Source of the DNA: Octopus vulgaris
Lineage: Eukaryota
DNA: 64,000 nt
Assembly: GCA_951406725.2 (NCBI GenBank)
Contig: OX597833.1
Coordinates: 50,654,001-50,718,000, forward strand
Reading direction: 5' to 3'
Shown: in pieces, positions 11,391 to 25,345 of the stretch
Layout of the letters: each line of letters starts with the position of its first letter
How positions within the stretch are numbered: the first letter of the stretch is position 1
The notes under the pieces: generated by a model
The model's database searches: none
What the model saw: the letters and a program-made list of their open reading frames with translations, nothing else
Told to the model about the DNA's origin: nothing
Made by a program: the position numbers and the translations under genes

Positions 11391-12379
11391 CCTTCAGTTC
11401 TGCTGCGTTGAGGGAGTTTGATATGATCGCGTTTAAGTATTCGCCATCGAAAACCTAGCCGCCTGCCGTATGAATCCTACAGCTGAAAACAAAAAGGAAT
11501 CTTTAAAACATTTAAAATAGATAACAAATTTGATTTGATGTGATTATGATTGACTAGCATATTTAAATACTCGAGTGATTATTGCTACCAAAGCAAAGCG
11601 ACCGCCTACAATAAAAGTAAAGAGGAAAAAATCCTTCAAGAACTTCAAAATGAACAACTTCATTTTGTTTTTTAGTTATGGACATTTCTCTTCTTAAATC
11701 TCCCGTTTGTCCATAGCAAACGTATGAAGGTAACAAAATACCTTTTAAAGAAATTACCTCGATTCAACATTTTAATCACCTTGATGAATATCACTAATTA
11801 GAAATTGTAAAGATGTGCATTTGTGCTTCACAAACACACACACGCATGTATATATGTATCTATGTATGTATGGATGGATGTAGATGACTTTTAAAAAGTA
11901 TAAATACAGTGCCTGCATAATGCCTCTGGTTCTTGTCTTAGATCTATTAGAAGATATTCACCAAAGTTTCTAATTAATGCAAAGAAATGTAAGCACATCT
12001 TGGTCCCCAAGTCAAAAACGTAGCATAAAAATGCATTATGCATATATAGAAAAATATTTAAGCTTGTGGTGGCATCAGCTATATTTCGTTAAAACTTTGC
12101 TTATTATAATGCAGTTTCAGTGAAATTAGCTATTTTCTGTAGGAGATATACTTTTTCACCACAGATTCTAATGCTGCGCTGAGAAGCTCATTCTTGTGAT
12201 CCATTAAGAATCTTAGAAATATTTTCTAACCAAATAGGATATAATTAATCCTACTATTTCTATTGCAGCGAGTGAGGTTTCGTATTTTTAAATAGATAAC
12301 CAAGAATTAAGTTAATGAGAAGGAGAAAGTCATACATTCTCTAGTAGATGATACCTTAGAAGTATTTCTACGCAATATA

Positions 12380-12445
<66 letters not shown>

Positions 12446-12896
12446 GAAGCATATATATATAAGCATATACGCACATATGTGTATATACAAATGTCAATAT
12501 TATCATTAAAATTATTCATACGTTTGCAACTGAAATCACGTGTGTATTTGTGATTGTGTGTGTGCTTAAGTCTGCATCCAATGGTAAAACACTTATTAAA
12601 TTGAACATACATAGCTGTATCTAGTTTAACAAGCCCTATTAGTGAAAGTGCAAACATAGCTAGACATTTCTAAGCGTACGTTTATTATCAAAAATTTATC
12701 AAAAGTCTTGTCGACAACATAATGCCAATGTAAGTTATAGTTGTCTGAATAATATCTCCACTATTTAAAACATGAAATTCTATGAACATCCGTTCGTAGA
12801 CATACTGTATACCGAATGTGGTTACAGTAGTCGGAAGATATGTCAATTGGAAGAAAATGTTTTAAAACATCTGTTATATAATAGATAATACGTAAA

Positions 12897-13275
12897 AGGT
12901 ACAGGCTTGCCTGTGTGGTAAAAAGCTTGCTTTTGAACCACTTGGGTCTAGTTTCAGTCCCACTGTATGGTACCTTGGGCAAGTGTCTTCTACTATAGCC
13001 TCGGGGCGACCAATGCCTTATGAATGGATTTGGTTGATGGAACTGAATAAAGACAGTGTCATGTGTGTATACACACACACACACACACATTTATATATAT
13101 ATATATGCGTGTTTTTGTCCAACACCAATCTGCTTACTTTCCCGTAAGCTAGCGGTTCGGCAAAAGAAACCGATAGAATGAGCACCAGGCTTAATAAGAA
13201 AATAAGGATTCAGGTTGATACAGTCGACTAAAAGACTTCTCCAAGCCAATGGCCAACAGTCTAATGATTGTGTAG
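12897..13275 (+). mobile_element. Degenerate SINE family C
   Basis: CCTTGGGCAAGTGTCTTCTACTATAGCCTCGG, internal (CA)n(TA)n, AGCGGTTCGGCAAAAG. Confidence 0.8.
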
Positions 13276-13399
13276 CGTGCAGCCATTCAAATAGTGGCGC
13301 CAAATTTGTGGCAGCTTGCAATATGACGTAATGACGTATTGTCGAGGAAATATGATTGTCCTTTTCCCAATTGTTGAAATAACTGCTCATATAGGAATT

Positions 13400-13735
13400 C
13401 TGAAAATTAGTAAAAGAATATTTTTATGCGACTTCAGTTCTTTAAAGTCAAGTTGAGCAGTTATAAAAAACCCTAGATTTTGGGGGAAAACTTTAGTCTT
13501 TTTCGGATGTTACTAAACTCCACGACATTCACTCTTTTGAGATATTGGCTATTTTTTATGCCATGTCTATGATAATTGAACCAAGTAGAAGAATATGAAA
13601 GAGCTAATGTATAGTTAGAAATGTTTTGTCAGTGAACAAGTTCGAGCGACAAAGATTTTTCCACGGTATTACAAATAAATTATTAAGTGAAGGTAAAAGA
13701 ATGTTTTTTGGAGGCGGGGTTTCTTAATGACTAAC
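13400..13735 (+). mobile_element. Possible ancient mariner transposase C-terminal remnant
   Basis: Broken-frame traces resembling DYWLF and FF.GI..L...G.FLND*; very decayed. Confidence 0.3.
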
Positions 13736-13854
13736 TTGTGTCTTCCACGTTCTTACTCATATTAATGTAAATCTTTAATCTGGATATAGAAGTTGGAGCT
13801 TTCGAGCAAAGATTCTGCGTAGCCCTCACAGTACTAATGTCCATCCGTTATAAC

Positions 13855-14275
13855 ACTCTTTTACTCTTTTACTCTTTTACTTGTTTCAGTCATTTGACTG
13901 CGGCCATGCTGGAGCACCGCCTTTAGTCGAGCAAATCGACCCCGGGACTTATTCTTTGTAAGCCCAGTACTTATTCTATCGGTCTCTTTTGCCGAACCGC
14001 TAAGTGACGGGGACGTAAACACACCAGCATCGGTTGTCAAGCAATGCTAGGGGACAAACACAGACACACAAACACACACGTACATATACATATATATATA
14101 TACATATATACGACAAGGCTTCTTTCAGTTTCCGTCTGCCAAATCCCCTCACAAGGCTTTGGGTCGGCCCGAGGCTATAGTAGAAGACACTTGCCCAAGG
14201 TGCCACGCAGTAGGATTGAACCCGGAACCATGTGGCTGGTTAGCAAGCTACTTACCACACAGCCACTCCTGCGCC
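13855..14275 (-). mobile_element. SINE family C, full-length young copy (CORE-like body; possibly octopus OK family)
   Basis: Head GGCGCAGGAGTGGCTGTGTGGTAAG..GGGTTCAATCC, CORE-like GGCACCTTGGGCAAGTG, internal (TA)/(TG) microsatellite, tail GGCGGTGCTCCAGCATGGCCGCAGTCAAATGACTGAAAC(AAAAGAGT)n. Confidence 0.92.
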
Positions 14276-14339
14276 TATATATTTATAATTCACGGTAAGT
14301 CAGGAATTCACTATAGAGTGCAGTATCAATTAATAAGTG

Positions 14340-14889
14340 AAATGCTAAAATGCGCCATCTTTGGAGATAATTTTGCTTCAAAGTCTTTAAAAGTATTGCA
14401 GATAAAAATATTAATATTATATCACAGAAGTAGAATATGTCTGAGAATTAGAAAAGGAGAGAGAATTTCAGAACAGGAGAATAACAGAACAGGAGTTTAT
14501 GTAATTAATTTCAGGCGTTTCTGGATCCTCTTACCAGCAAATCTATGTAAGAGTATATTGTGCTATATTTTCGACTGGATACATCTATCTGTCTATACTT
14601 AAAAGCTTTCCGTAACAAAGAAACTCTACACTTAAATGGCTCTGGGGAAGATACATGATGGTGCTTTGGTGCTTAGCTCTGTGCACGTGTACATATACGA
14701 GAAACAGCTGTAACCAAATGAATGTGAATACATATGTTCTCTTGCTTCGTTATAAATTTATTAACTGATCCATAAAAAATGTGTGTGTAATGTGTGTATT
14801 CACCCATCCTTAAGAAAGTCATATAACATCCACTTTCTTCTTCTTCTTCTTCTTCTTTTTTCTTTTTCTTCTTCTTCTTCTTCTTCTTC

Positions 14890-14936
<47 letters not shown>

Positions 14937-14945
14937 TTTATTTTT

Positions 14946-14976
<31 letters not shown>

Positions 14977-15073
14977 TTGTCATCATCGCGTCGATTGATC
15001 ATCATCCTCATCATCATCATAATTTAATTAAAACGAATCCATACTGAAAATAAAACATCTACACACACATATA

Positions 15074-15125
<52 letters not shown>

Positions 15126-15568
15126 GACAGACAGAGAGACAGAGAGAGACAGAGAGACAGAGAGAGACAGACAGAGAGACAGAGAGAGAGATGTATTCAC
15201 ATCTAGGAGTGTCGGTTTTGCGAAAACATTTGCGTGTATTAAAGCTCTCACAAAAGATGCGTAACTTAAAGAATTTTTGAATATTTAAGAATAATTATTT
15301 ATCGTATTCTAAAGACAAAAGGGAAAAAAATAATAACGGAAATTATTTAATTTTGGCGGAAATCATCGATACAATGCATAATATCTATTAATGAAAGCGG
15401 AAGCTTGAAACCTGAAGAAGAAGAAAAACAATTTTTTTTAAATGCTAAAATGCGCCATCTTTGGAGATAATTTTGCTTCAAAGTCTTTAAAAGTATTGCA
15501 GATAAAAATATTAATATTATATAACAGAAGTAGAATATGTCTGAGAATTAGAAAAGGAGAGAGAATTT
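14340..15568 (+). repeat. 129-bp direct duplication 1100 bp apart (14340-14468 and 15440-15568)
   Basis: AAATGCTAAAATGCGCCATC...GGAGAGAGAATTT; one mismatch seen. Confidence 0.92.
14835..14975. repeat. (TTC)n(TTA)n(TTC)n trinucleotide tract
   Basis: Directly visible. Confidence 0.95.
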
Positions 15569-16180
15569 TGAAGTTGCCAGAAATAAATGAGAAAATAGTG
15601 CGAAAAATAAAATAACAAGAATTTCTACCGAGATCAAAAAAATATTTAAACGAATAATAAAGAGGAAATTGAGAGAAGAAGCGCTTGAAGAACAGTGATG
15701 TAATATGAACAGCGTATGCCACAATCATTAATGGATGTTGATTTGGAAGTTAACATAAGAGCCTCCACTTAATGGCTCAATTTGTTACAATTGACAATTA
15801 AATCTACCTGAAATCGGAAACTACAATCTTAAACAAAAAGGATACATAAATTACATTATAAGGCACAAAAAGAAAATGACTCTCCCCAGACACAACAGAA
15901 TATGCTTCAACACATGAACTCATATAAAGGATCTTGCAAACCAAATCCAAAAACGAAACATAAATTAATGTTATTTGTAAAAGAATGCACGTGATGCAAA
16001 AGACATGGAGACATTTGCAGATATCAAGATGACTTCCAAGCCCCTAATGTTAGCAGACAATTCTCCCAGAATGCACTGTACCGGATAAGTCTTACGCACT
16101 GTACCGGATAAGTATTACTTAAAAGTGACAGGATATGCACGTACGTAACGTCTTTAATGAAAAGCTTTCCTTCAGGTTTA

Positions 16181-16442
16181 ATAAAAAAAAAATGCGCCCT
16201 TTTAAAGCCTAGACAGACTCATGGGTCCGGTTTCCCGGTTTCTATGGCGTATTTGTTCTCCAGCTGGACGGAGCGCCAGTCCATCGCAGCGTTACTGATT
16301 TTAGCCAGCTGAGTGGACTGGAGCAACGTGAAATGAAGTGTTTTGCTCAAGAACACAACGCGTCACCCGGTCTAGGAATCGAAACCACAATCTTACGATG
16401 ATGGAGCTAACACTCTAACCACTAAGCCACGCGTCTCCACCG
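16181..16442 (-). mobile_element. SINE family B variant (tRNA head + CORE-like body + GCGATGGACTGG tail)
   Basis: Head GGAGACGCGTGGCTTAGTGGTTAG; TSD TTCAGGTTTA at 16171-16180 and 16443-16452; same type as 51340-51570. Confidence 0.88.
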
Positions 16443-17076
16443 TTCAGGTTTACTCAGAGCTAAAACAACATACCGAATAACTTGCCACAAAAACTTCTAG
16501 CTAATCCAGTCCGATAAAGATTTATATTTCTTAAATCATGTATAGTTTTCCATAATTGATAATGGATGTACGGTACTGGAGCGACGTGTTCACGCGTAGT
16601 TTCATATCTTGGAATTTCATATTTCAGACTTGTAAATAAGTAAAATAATAGAAATAATGTCTGACAACAAAATACACGATGTGCTGTTTCTTCCTCAAAG
16701 CCACACACACACACACACAGACGCCATGTATATGTACATATACAAACACATGCATATATCTAAGTGTGATAGAAGTCTCTCGTAGTCTGAGAAAATGGTT
16801 CTGCAATTACTTACCGAGTAACACGCGCCAAATGATTTTATTTATAGTGATCAAATGTACATGCTATATATTAGCTCAATGTCTCCAAAGGTGCGCAAGA
16901 GGTACTACACATTAAGTATTGGAGTGATTGCGGAGGAACACGAAATGAAGCGTTTGGCTCAAGAACAAAATGTACTACCCGTTCTAGGAATAGAAACCAT
17001 GATATTTCGATCGGGAGGGCAACACCTAACCTGTACGTCATGCGCCCTACATGCAACAGACGTGCGTGCATGTGTT

Positions 17077-17131
<55 letters not shown>

Positions 17132-17150
17132 ATACACCCATATTCGTGTA

Positions 17151-17192
<42 letters not shown>

Positions 17193-17939
17193 AATGTATG
17201 TATGCATGTATGTATGTATGCATGTATATATTCTCCAGTTTTGCTGTGCACCAGCACTTAGACTTTGTAATATATATGAACATGTACACGACTGTATGTA
17301 TGCTCAATTTAAATTAGGAACTTCTCATGTATGTAATTCGTACGTTGCAACTAAATAGCTGCTTAGTTTGACACTCGGCCACACCAGTATAGATTAAAGT
17401 ATTTTCGAATAGAATAAAATGAGATGAAATTTGATATGATATCAGTATGTACATGTGAATGATGTATTCTTAATATGTACGCTCGTTTGTATGTATATAT
17501 ATATATATATGTATATATATTGTTTTTTCTTTATATCTCTAGCTACGTACTTCAAAAATATGTGAGTTATTCATAGTGCTGGGCGGCTCTCTCATTTTTA
17601 ATTAAACGCCATGGACCAAAGACCGTCTCCCAGTTATAAAATAGAAAATAAAACATAATCTTGAACTACAAAATAAAAAAATTAAAAATGCAAACCTAAT
17701 ATTAAACTCGTTTACGAGACATTTTAATATAAAACGCAGCGGCTCAGAAACGAAACCCGCCGACAAAAACATGAAGGAATGCGATTAAAAAGTGATTACA
17801 TAAAAAGATATGTTAATGATTAAATATTAGAAATTAAATGGGATATTTAATATGTAAAGGGGACATATTATTTTGTTATGTGTTATTTATTTAGACCCAA
17901 GGCGGCGGACTAACAGAATCGTTTACATGACGGACAATA

Positions 17940-18240
17940 GTGGAGACACATGGCCTAGTGGTTAGAGCAGCGGGCTCGTGGTCAAGGGATCGCGGGTTCG
18001 AATCTCAGGCCGGCCGATGTGTGTGTTTATGAGCGAAGCACCTAAGTTCCACGCGGCTCCGGCAGAAGGTAATGGCTAACTTCTGCTGACTCTTTCGCCA
18101 CAACTTTCTCTCACTCTTTCCTCCTGCATCTTGCAGCCCACCTGCGACAGACCGGCGTCCCGTCCAGGTGGGGAACCTATACGTCAAGGAAACCGGGGAA
18201 ACCGGCCCTTATGAGCCAGGCATGGCTCGAGAAGGAACAA
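17940..18240 (+). mobile_element. SINE family B (resembles octopus OR2) nested in a degenerate family A copy (17899-18430)
   Basis: GGAGACACATGGCCTAGTGGTTAGAGCAGCGG..GGGTTCGAATC; 15-bp TSD ACATG(A/G)CGGACAATA at 17925-17939 and 18241-18255. Confidence 0.88.
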
Positions 18241-18804
18241 ACATGGCGGACAATATGCTAAGCGCTTGTTCGATCGTCTTTACGTTTAAGTTCACACGTC
18301 ACCAAGGTCAACTTTACCTTTTGTCATTCTGGGGTTAATAAAAGAAGTACCGGTTGAGCACTGCGCGTCGATGTAATCATCTAGTCTACTCTCCAAAAGA
18401 ATTTCAATCCTTGTGCCAATAGCTGAACGGATTATTTATTCAGTCCGAGACGGATGGAGAGCTGGAAGAATCGTCAAAGCGGATTTGATCCTGTTTCTTA
18501 TTTTCTAAGTTCAAAATCGTGCCTCGGCTAATATTGTGTTTTAACCCCGAAGCACAGAATATATGAAATATAATACCAGGAAAGTACAGGTACCTTTATA
18601 AACGACTAGCCCCTTATATGCTAATTTATAGCGTTGTACTTATGGAAGATATTATAATATAATCCGAAAAGACGATGGCGAAATCCTTGGCTGATTTGCA
18701 GGTATCTAGCTACAGCTCCCTATGTTTTAAGTTCAAATCTCGGTGACGGTCAGATAACCAATCGACATAATCAATAGGTGCCTTCATAACAGAAATTCGA
18801 ATGG

Positions 18805-18937
18805 TGGGGTTGTGTTGTAAGAAGCTTCTTTCTGAACCATGTGGTTTTGGTTTCAGTTCCACTGCATGTCACCTCGGGCCAACCAAAGCCTTGTGAGAGG
18901 ATGTGGCAGACGGAAACTGAAGGAAACCGGTCGTGTC

Positions 18938-18974
<37 letters not shown>

Positions 18975-19215
18975 CTGTGTACGTGCGTGTGTGTGTGTGT
19001 ATGTGTGTGTGTTTAACACACACACACTACCGCGTGACAATCACTGTTGGTGTGGGTTTACGACCCCGTAACTTAGCGGTTCGGCCAAAGAATCGATAGA
19101 ATAAGTACCAGGCTTTAAAAATAAGTACTGGGATCAAGTCATAGGACTAATAATTTTTCAAGGTGTCCCAGCTTGGCTACAGTCAAATTACTAAAACAAG
19201 TGAAAGATAAAAGGA
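18805..19215 (+). mobile_element. SINE family C, degenerate
   Basis: Head, GACGGAAACTGAAG, internal (TA)n(TG)n and tail all recognisable. Confidence 0.8.
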
Positions 19216-19283
19216 ATACACCCGAGCATCTCCGTCTTCAGCTGGTAACAGAAAGAGACTTGTTACAGAAATTTCCCATTTCA

Positions 19284-19420
19284 TTAGGTTGTCCGGAAAG
19301 TTCGTGCCGATTTTTAAAGGATAGAAAAAGGTCAATAAATACTTGCCATTACATTTTTAATCAACCAAATATGAACCATTTTGATGCACAATGCCTCTCC
19401 ATCTTTCCTTTAACTTGAAA
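19284..19420 (-). mobile_element. mariner transposon 3' end with TIR
   Basis: TTAGGTTGTCCGGAAAGTTCGTGCCGATTT TIR; reverse complement of the 3' part of the 33286-33511 element. Confidence 0.8.
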
Positions 19421-19429
19421 GCCCGTCGA

Positions 19430-19467
<38 letters not shown>

Positions 19468-19703
19468 GTGTGTGTGCGTGTGTGTGTGTGTGTATGTTTG
19501 TGTGTCTGTGTTTGTCCCCCAACATCGCTTGACAATCGATGCTGGTGTGTTTACATCCCCGTAACTTAGCGGTTCGGTAAAAGATACCGATAGAATAAGT
19601 ATTGGGCTTACAAAGAATAAGTCCCGGAGTCGATTTGCTGGACTAAAGGCGGTGCTCCAGTGTGGCCGCAGTCAAATGCCTGAAACAAGTAAAAGAGTAA
19701 AAG

Positions 19704-19705
<2 letters not shown>
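19420..19705 (+). mobile_element. SINE family C, 3' two-thirds
   Basis: Microsatellite core plus canonical tail. Confidence 0.85.
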
Positions 19706-19737
<32 letters not shown>

Positions 19738-19738
19738 T

Positions 19739-19792
<54 letters not shown>

Positions 19793-20215
19793 CATATGTA
19801 GTGTAGAGCAGGGTGCATGCAAGTAAGCATTTAGAGCTCTTTTCGGACAACGACTGAATTTTTTCATAGATGTATCTATCAGGCATAAGCAGAAAGGAGT
19901 TATACGCCAAATACGACAAAATTGTGTTTACACGATTAGTTTCTAGTTGTCACCTAAACCGTCTCAGATTATCTTATAACTACAACTAACTCTCTCACGT
20001 TCTCCTCCCACTTTCACTTTCCCTCACAATGCACACACACACACACACACATTCAAACACACATATGCGTATGTCTGTAAGGGAAGGTACGTGTTCCGTA
20101 TTCTCTTATAGATATCTGTATATTGTTTGTACGCAACAATGGATAACTCATTGCTTGCACGCGCACACACACGTATACATACATAAATCTACATATATAA
20201 ACACACACACACACG

Positions 20216-20279
<64 letters not shown>

Positions 20280-20281
<2 letters not shown>

Positions 20282-20670
20282 TGCAGGAGTGGCTGTGTGG
20301 TAAGTAGCTTGCTTACCGACTACATGGTTTCAGGTTCATTCTCTCTACGTGGCACCTTGGGCAAGTGTCTTCTACAAAACCTTGTGAGAGGATTTCATAG
20401 AGGGAAACTGAAAGAAGCCCGTAGTATATATATGTGCATATATATGTATGCTTGTGTATATGTTTGTGTGTGTGCTTGTCCCCCCCAACATCGCTTGACA
20501 ACCGATGCTAGTGTGTTTACGTCTCCGGAAAAAATCTCTTCGGCAAAAGAGACCTATAGAATAAGAACTAGGCTTCTAAAGAATAAGTCCTGGGTTTGAT
20601 TTGTTTGACTAAAGGTGGTGCTTCAGCATGGCCGCAGTCAAATGACTGAAACAAGTAAAAGTGTAAAAGA
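20280..20670 (+). mobile_element. SINE family C, near full length
   Basis: GGTGCAGGAGTGGCTGTGTGGTAAG head through ACTGAAACAAGTAAAAG tail; starts at the end of a (TA)n tract. Confidence 0.88.
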
Positions 20671-20674
20671 GAGT

Positions 20675-20719
<45 letters not shown>

Positions 20720-21148
20720 ACATGTATTTAAATGCGCGTAATAGTCTGTGTGTGGTGCGTAGTGCGTGACACTCGATCAGTCTGTTGAAAAGTGGCAGGT
20801 TGTTTTGGCGGGACTAGCTGTGGTTGTTTTACAGCTAAAATGACAACAGAATGTCGATGAATGAAAATAAAGCGAGACATGAGTTTGAGCGAAAGGATAT
20901 AGTCGTGGGAATGAGCGACAGAATGAACAATAGGAGGAGCAAGGGAGGAAAATGGCAAAACATAATGAATGGAGTGAAATATGAACGAACACGTGCGCGG
21001 GCGCGCGCGGCATGCTCACTCGCTCATACACAAAAAAGGCGAGAACACACGGACACATACACACACACGCACACATGTGTACGTTCTAATACTCTCATGC
21101 ACACACATCGCATATACGCATGAATATGTATATGTGTGAGTGTGTGTG

Positions 21149-21326
<178 letters not shown>

Positions 21327-21373
21327 GTGGCAAAGTAATTTATTTTACTAAGCCCTAATTATATAATAATGTA

Positions 21374-21463
<90 letters not shown>

Positions 21464-21465
21464 GT

Positions 21466-21625
21466 AGGCGAAGGTGTGGCGCTGTGGCAAGAAGCTTGCT
21501 TCCCATCCACAGGAGTCTGGGTTCACTCCTACTGCGTGACACCTGGGGCAATTGTCTCCTACTATATCCTCGGGTAGACCAAACACCAATAAATGGATTT
21601 GGTAGACGGAAACTGAAAGAAGCTC
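21466..21625 (+). mobile_element. SINE family C, 5' half
   Basis: Head through GGTAGACGGAAACTGAAAGAAGC, running into (TCTA)n. Confidence 0.8.
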
Positions 21626-21636
21626 GAGGTACCTAC

Positions 21637-21714
<78 letters not shown>

Positions 21715-21736
21715 ATCTATCTATCTATCTATCTAA

Positions 21737-21793
<57 letters not shown>

Positions 21794-21814
21794 ATAAGTA
21801 TATATATATATACA

Positions 21815-22180
21815 TAGCGAGAATTCACAAACAAAAAACAAAAGACGAAGACAGGCGGTGTAGGCAACAAACAGATGTATTTGTTTAACACTCGGGAAGT
21901 GAGAAAGTCTTTAACATTTCGAGCCTACACTTTTCCAAAGAAAGAAACAAGAGAGAAAATAAAGAATGTGTAGTGATTATATATATATATGAGAGGTATT
22001 GGTATCTACAAAACCCAAAGAGTGGTAACGCGAAGTAAGTGTTATGGACATACCGTAGGAAGGGATATATCTAACATACCAGAAACAGCTGTAAGACTAT
22101 ATCTATATATTTTTCCTCATAAATATCATGAAAACTACTTACAACCTTGGCTTTGTTATCTCATTTTGTCTACTAAATAT
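21815..22180. mobile_element. Two adjacent (TA)n-flanked Penelope-like pLTR fragments
   Basis: Short inserts between (TA)n runs with decayed hammerhead-like cores (minus-strand ..GTAGGCTCGAAATGTTAAAGAC near 21907-21930; plus-strand AGGAAGGG..CCAGAAACAGC near 22057-22089). Assignment is inference. Confidence 0.4.
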
Positions 22181-22634
22181 ATATATAATATACGAGCAAG
22201 ATTCCCCCTGTCCTATGGACGGTGCTGAGTTGTCACATTTAAATCAAATGTTTTGGTCTTTTAAATGTACTCTATTTTGTGGCATTACTTCAAGCCAGCT
22301 GGCTTGTTTTTGAGCGAACTGCACGTGCATTTTTCTTGCGTACGCTTAGTATCGATCGCAACAGCTGATGTACTTTCCCGTGCAAATGCATGTTCTCACG
22401 GCTTTATCGATCGTATGCTCACCTGGAATCGATTTTTGTAATTTTTTCAAGACTTATACACGCCCTGATACCGTCGGTATCAACATATCACATTTGGGGG
22501 CAATCGGATGGAGGATGCCCGAGATCCTAGAAGACACACACAGAGACAGATAGAACGGATTTTATATAATAGATACATACAGCCATACACGCTTTTAAAA
22601 ATGTCTTCTCTGTGTATCTGTGTATCGCTCTCTC

Positions 22635-22692
<58 letters not shown>

Positions 22693-22976
22693 CGTGTGTG
22701 TGTATACATATGTGTATGCATGTGTGTGTGTTTTTGTGTATATGTGTGTGTGTGCGTGCACATGCATACATGCGTATATTTGTGGCACACACAGAAGAGA
22801 AATATAGACATATATTCAATCACGTGATAGATACGTCATGCACACAAAGCTGTATACACGAACAGCTCTTGACACCACACGTAAACATGCACAGGGAGTT
22901 GAATTGAAGAGAAAATAACGTGAGAGAAGGCGCGGTAGAAAGAGAGGAAGCCTGTGAGCAAAGGAAAATAGAAGCC

Positions 22977-23017
<41 letters not shown>

Positions 23018-23372
23018 GAGAAAGAGAAAGGGAGAGAGAGAGGAGGAGGAGAGAGAATGGAAGGTAGATGAATAACTATATAGGGAGCCAAAATGGGGAT
23101 TAAAAAGAGTAATTTTGGGGGACAAAGAAAAAATATATACATACTGCTTAGAAAATAATGATATGAGTAGAAATTCAAAGAGTAGAGCGTAGCGTGTCAT
23201 GTAGAGGGAACAGCAATGACTACTGACAGAGAGAAATGGGTTAGAGAAAGAGAAAATAATGTTATTTCGGCGTTATGGTGTTTTAGTGGAGTTGGTTGAG
23301 TTTAAATTGTAAAATGATTCCCAGATATTTGGGTTCGTTTCAAAAAACTTTTTTTCCATTTTAACACACACA

Positions 23373-23590
23373 CTCTTTTACTCTTTTACTTGTTTCAGTC
23401 ATTTGACTGCGGCCATGCTGGAGCACCACCTTTAGTCGAGCAAATCGTTCCCCCCAGGACTTATTCTTTGTAAGCCTAGTACTTAATCTATCGGTCTCAT
23501 TTGCCGAACCGCTAAGTTACGGGGACGTAAACACACCAGCATCGGTTGTCAAGCAATGCTAGAGGGACAAACACAGACACACAAACACAT

Positions 23591-23630
<40 letters not shown>

Positions 23631-24022
23631 ATATATACGACAGGCTTCTTTCAGTTTCCGTCTACCAAATCCACTCACAAGGCATTGGTCGGCCCGAGGC
23701 TATAGCAGAAGACACTTGCCCAAGATGCCACGCAGTCGGACTGAACCCGCAACAATGTGGTCGTTTCAGTCATTTGACGGTGGCCATGCTGGAGAACCGC
23801 CTTTAGTCGAGCAAATCGTTCCTCCCAGGACTTATTCTTTGTAAGCCTAGTACTTAATCTATCGGTCTCATTTGCCGAATCGCTAAGTAACGTGGACTTC
23901 AGCACACCAGCATCGGTTGTCAAACGATGTTGACGGATAAACACACACAGACACTCAAGCATATACACACACACACACACATACACACACACACACATAC
24001 ACACACACACACACAAACACAC

Positions 24023-24085
<63 letters not shown>

Positions 24086-24515
24086 CGACGGGCTTCTTTC
24101 AGTTTCCGTCTCACAAGGATTTGGTCGGCCCGAGGCTATAGTAGAAGAAACTTGCCCAAGGTGCCGCGCAGTGGGACTGAACCCAGAATCATGTGGTTCA
24201 GTCTGACTGCGTGGGACCTTCATCAAATGTCTTTTGCTATAGCCTCGAGCCGACCAAAGCCTTGTGACTGAATTTGGTAGATGGAAACTGAAAGAAGCCC
24301 GTCATGTATATATATGTGCGTATGCTTGTCTGTGTGTGCGTATGTCTGTGCTTGTCCCTACATCACCGCTTGACAACCGAAGCTGGTGTGTTTACGTCCC
24401 CGTAAGTTGGCGGTTCGCCAAAATAAAAACACTGATAGAGTAAGTAATAGGCTTTAAAAAATAATAAGTCCTGGGGTTGATTTGCTTAACTAAAACCCTT
24501 GAAGGCGGTGCTCCA
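23373..24515. mobile_element. Cluster of three family C SINEs (23373-23760 minus, 23763-24200 minus, ~24190-24515 plus)
   Basis: Repeated family C tail and core motifs; the two minus copies share the private variant TCGGTCTCATTTGCCGAA, suggesting local duplication. Confidence 0.85.
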
Positions 24516-25144
24516 GTTAGGCAAGAACAAGCTAAGTATTGAGAACATTTCAAATACTGGAAATTTGTAAATTTCTAACCTGGACTAAATATTTCTTTAG
24601 CCTTGGCCTTAAACCTCAAAATATAATTTGCAATAATAAAGAAAATCGAAGAGGCAGTCGACTCTCCAGAGTGGAAGATTATTTTTATGTATTTTTATAT
24701 GCATGAATAACTTCAGCACATATAATCATTCGATTAAATACTTCGATTTATTGATGACTGAATATAGGCATTAGTGACAAATTGATTTACTCAAGCATGT
24801 CATCGAACGTAGCGAGACAATGTATGTATCGGAAGAATATACTTTTGACATTTATGGGTGCAATGCGGCGCGTGCATGGCTGTACGTTCAAGAATTTCGC
24901 TGCGCAACAAAGAAGATTAGGGATTTGTCTGAACCACATATAGACTTTCGAGCGAGTGCCCTTTGCTATGTTCTCGCGTTGGCTCTTAAACACATTTATA
25001 ATAATATTTAGTAAAGAGTATCTTCGTGGTAGTCAGTCACATATGCATGAACGCGCACACACAAACATAGATACATGCCTAGGTATGTGCTCACACACAG
25101 AGACATACATACATACATATATAAATACATATACATATATATAT

Positions 25145-25345
25145 TCTTTTATTCTTTTATTTCTTTCAGTCATTTGACTGTGGCCATGCTGGAGTACCGC
25201 CTTTAGTCGAGCAAATGGACCCCAGGACTTATTCTTTGTAAGCCTAGTACTTATTCTATCGATCTCTTTTGCAGAACGGTTAAGTTACGGGGACGTAAAC
25301 ACACCAGCATCGTTTGTAAAGCGATGTTGGAGTGATAAGCGAACA
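25145..25345 (-). mobile_element. SINE family C, 3' half
   Basis: TTTCAGTCATTTGACTGTGGCCATGCTGGAG..CCGCCTTTAGTCGAGCAAAT. Confidence 0.85.
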
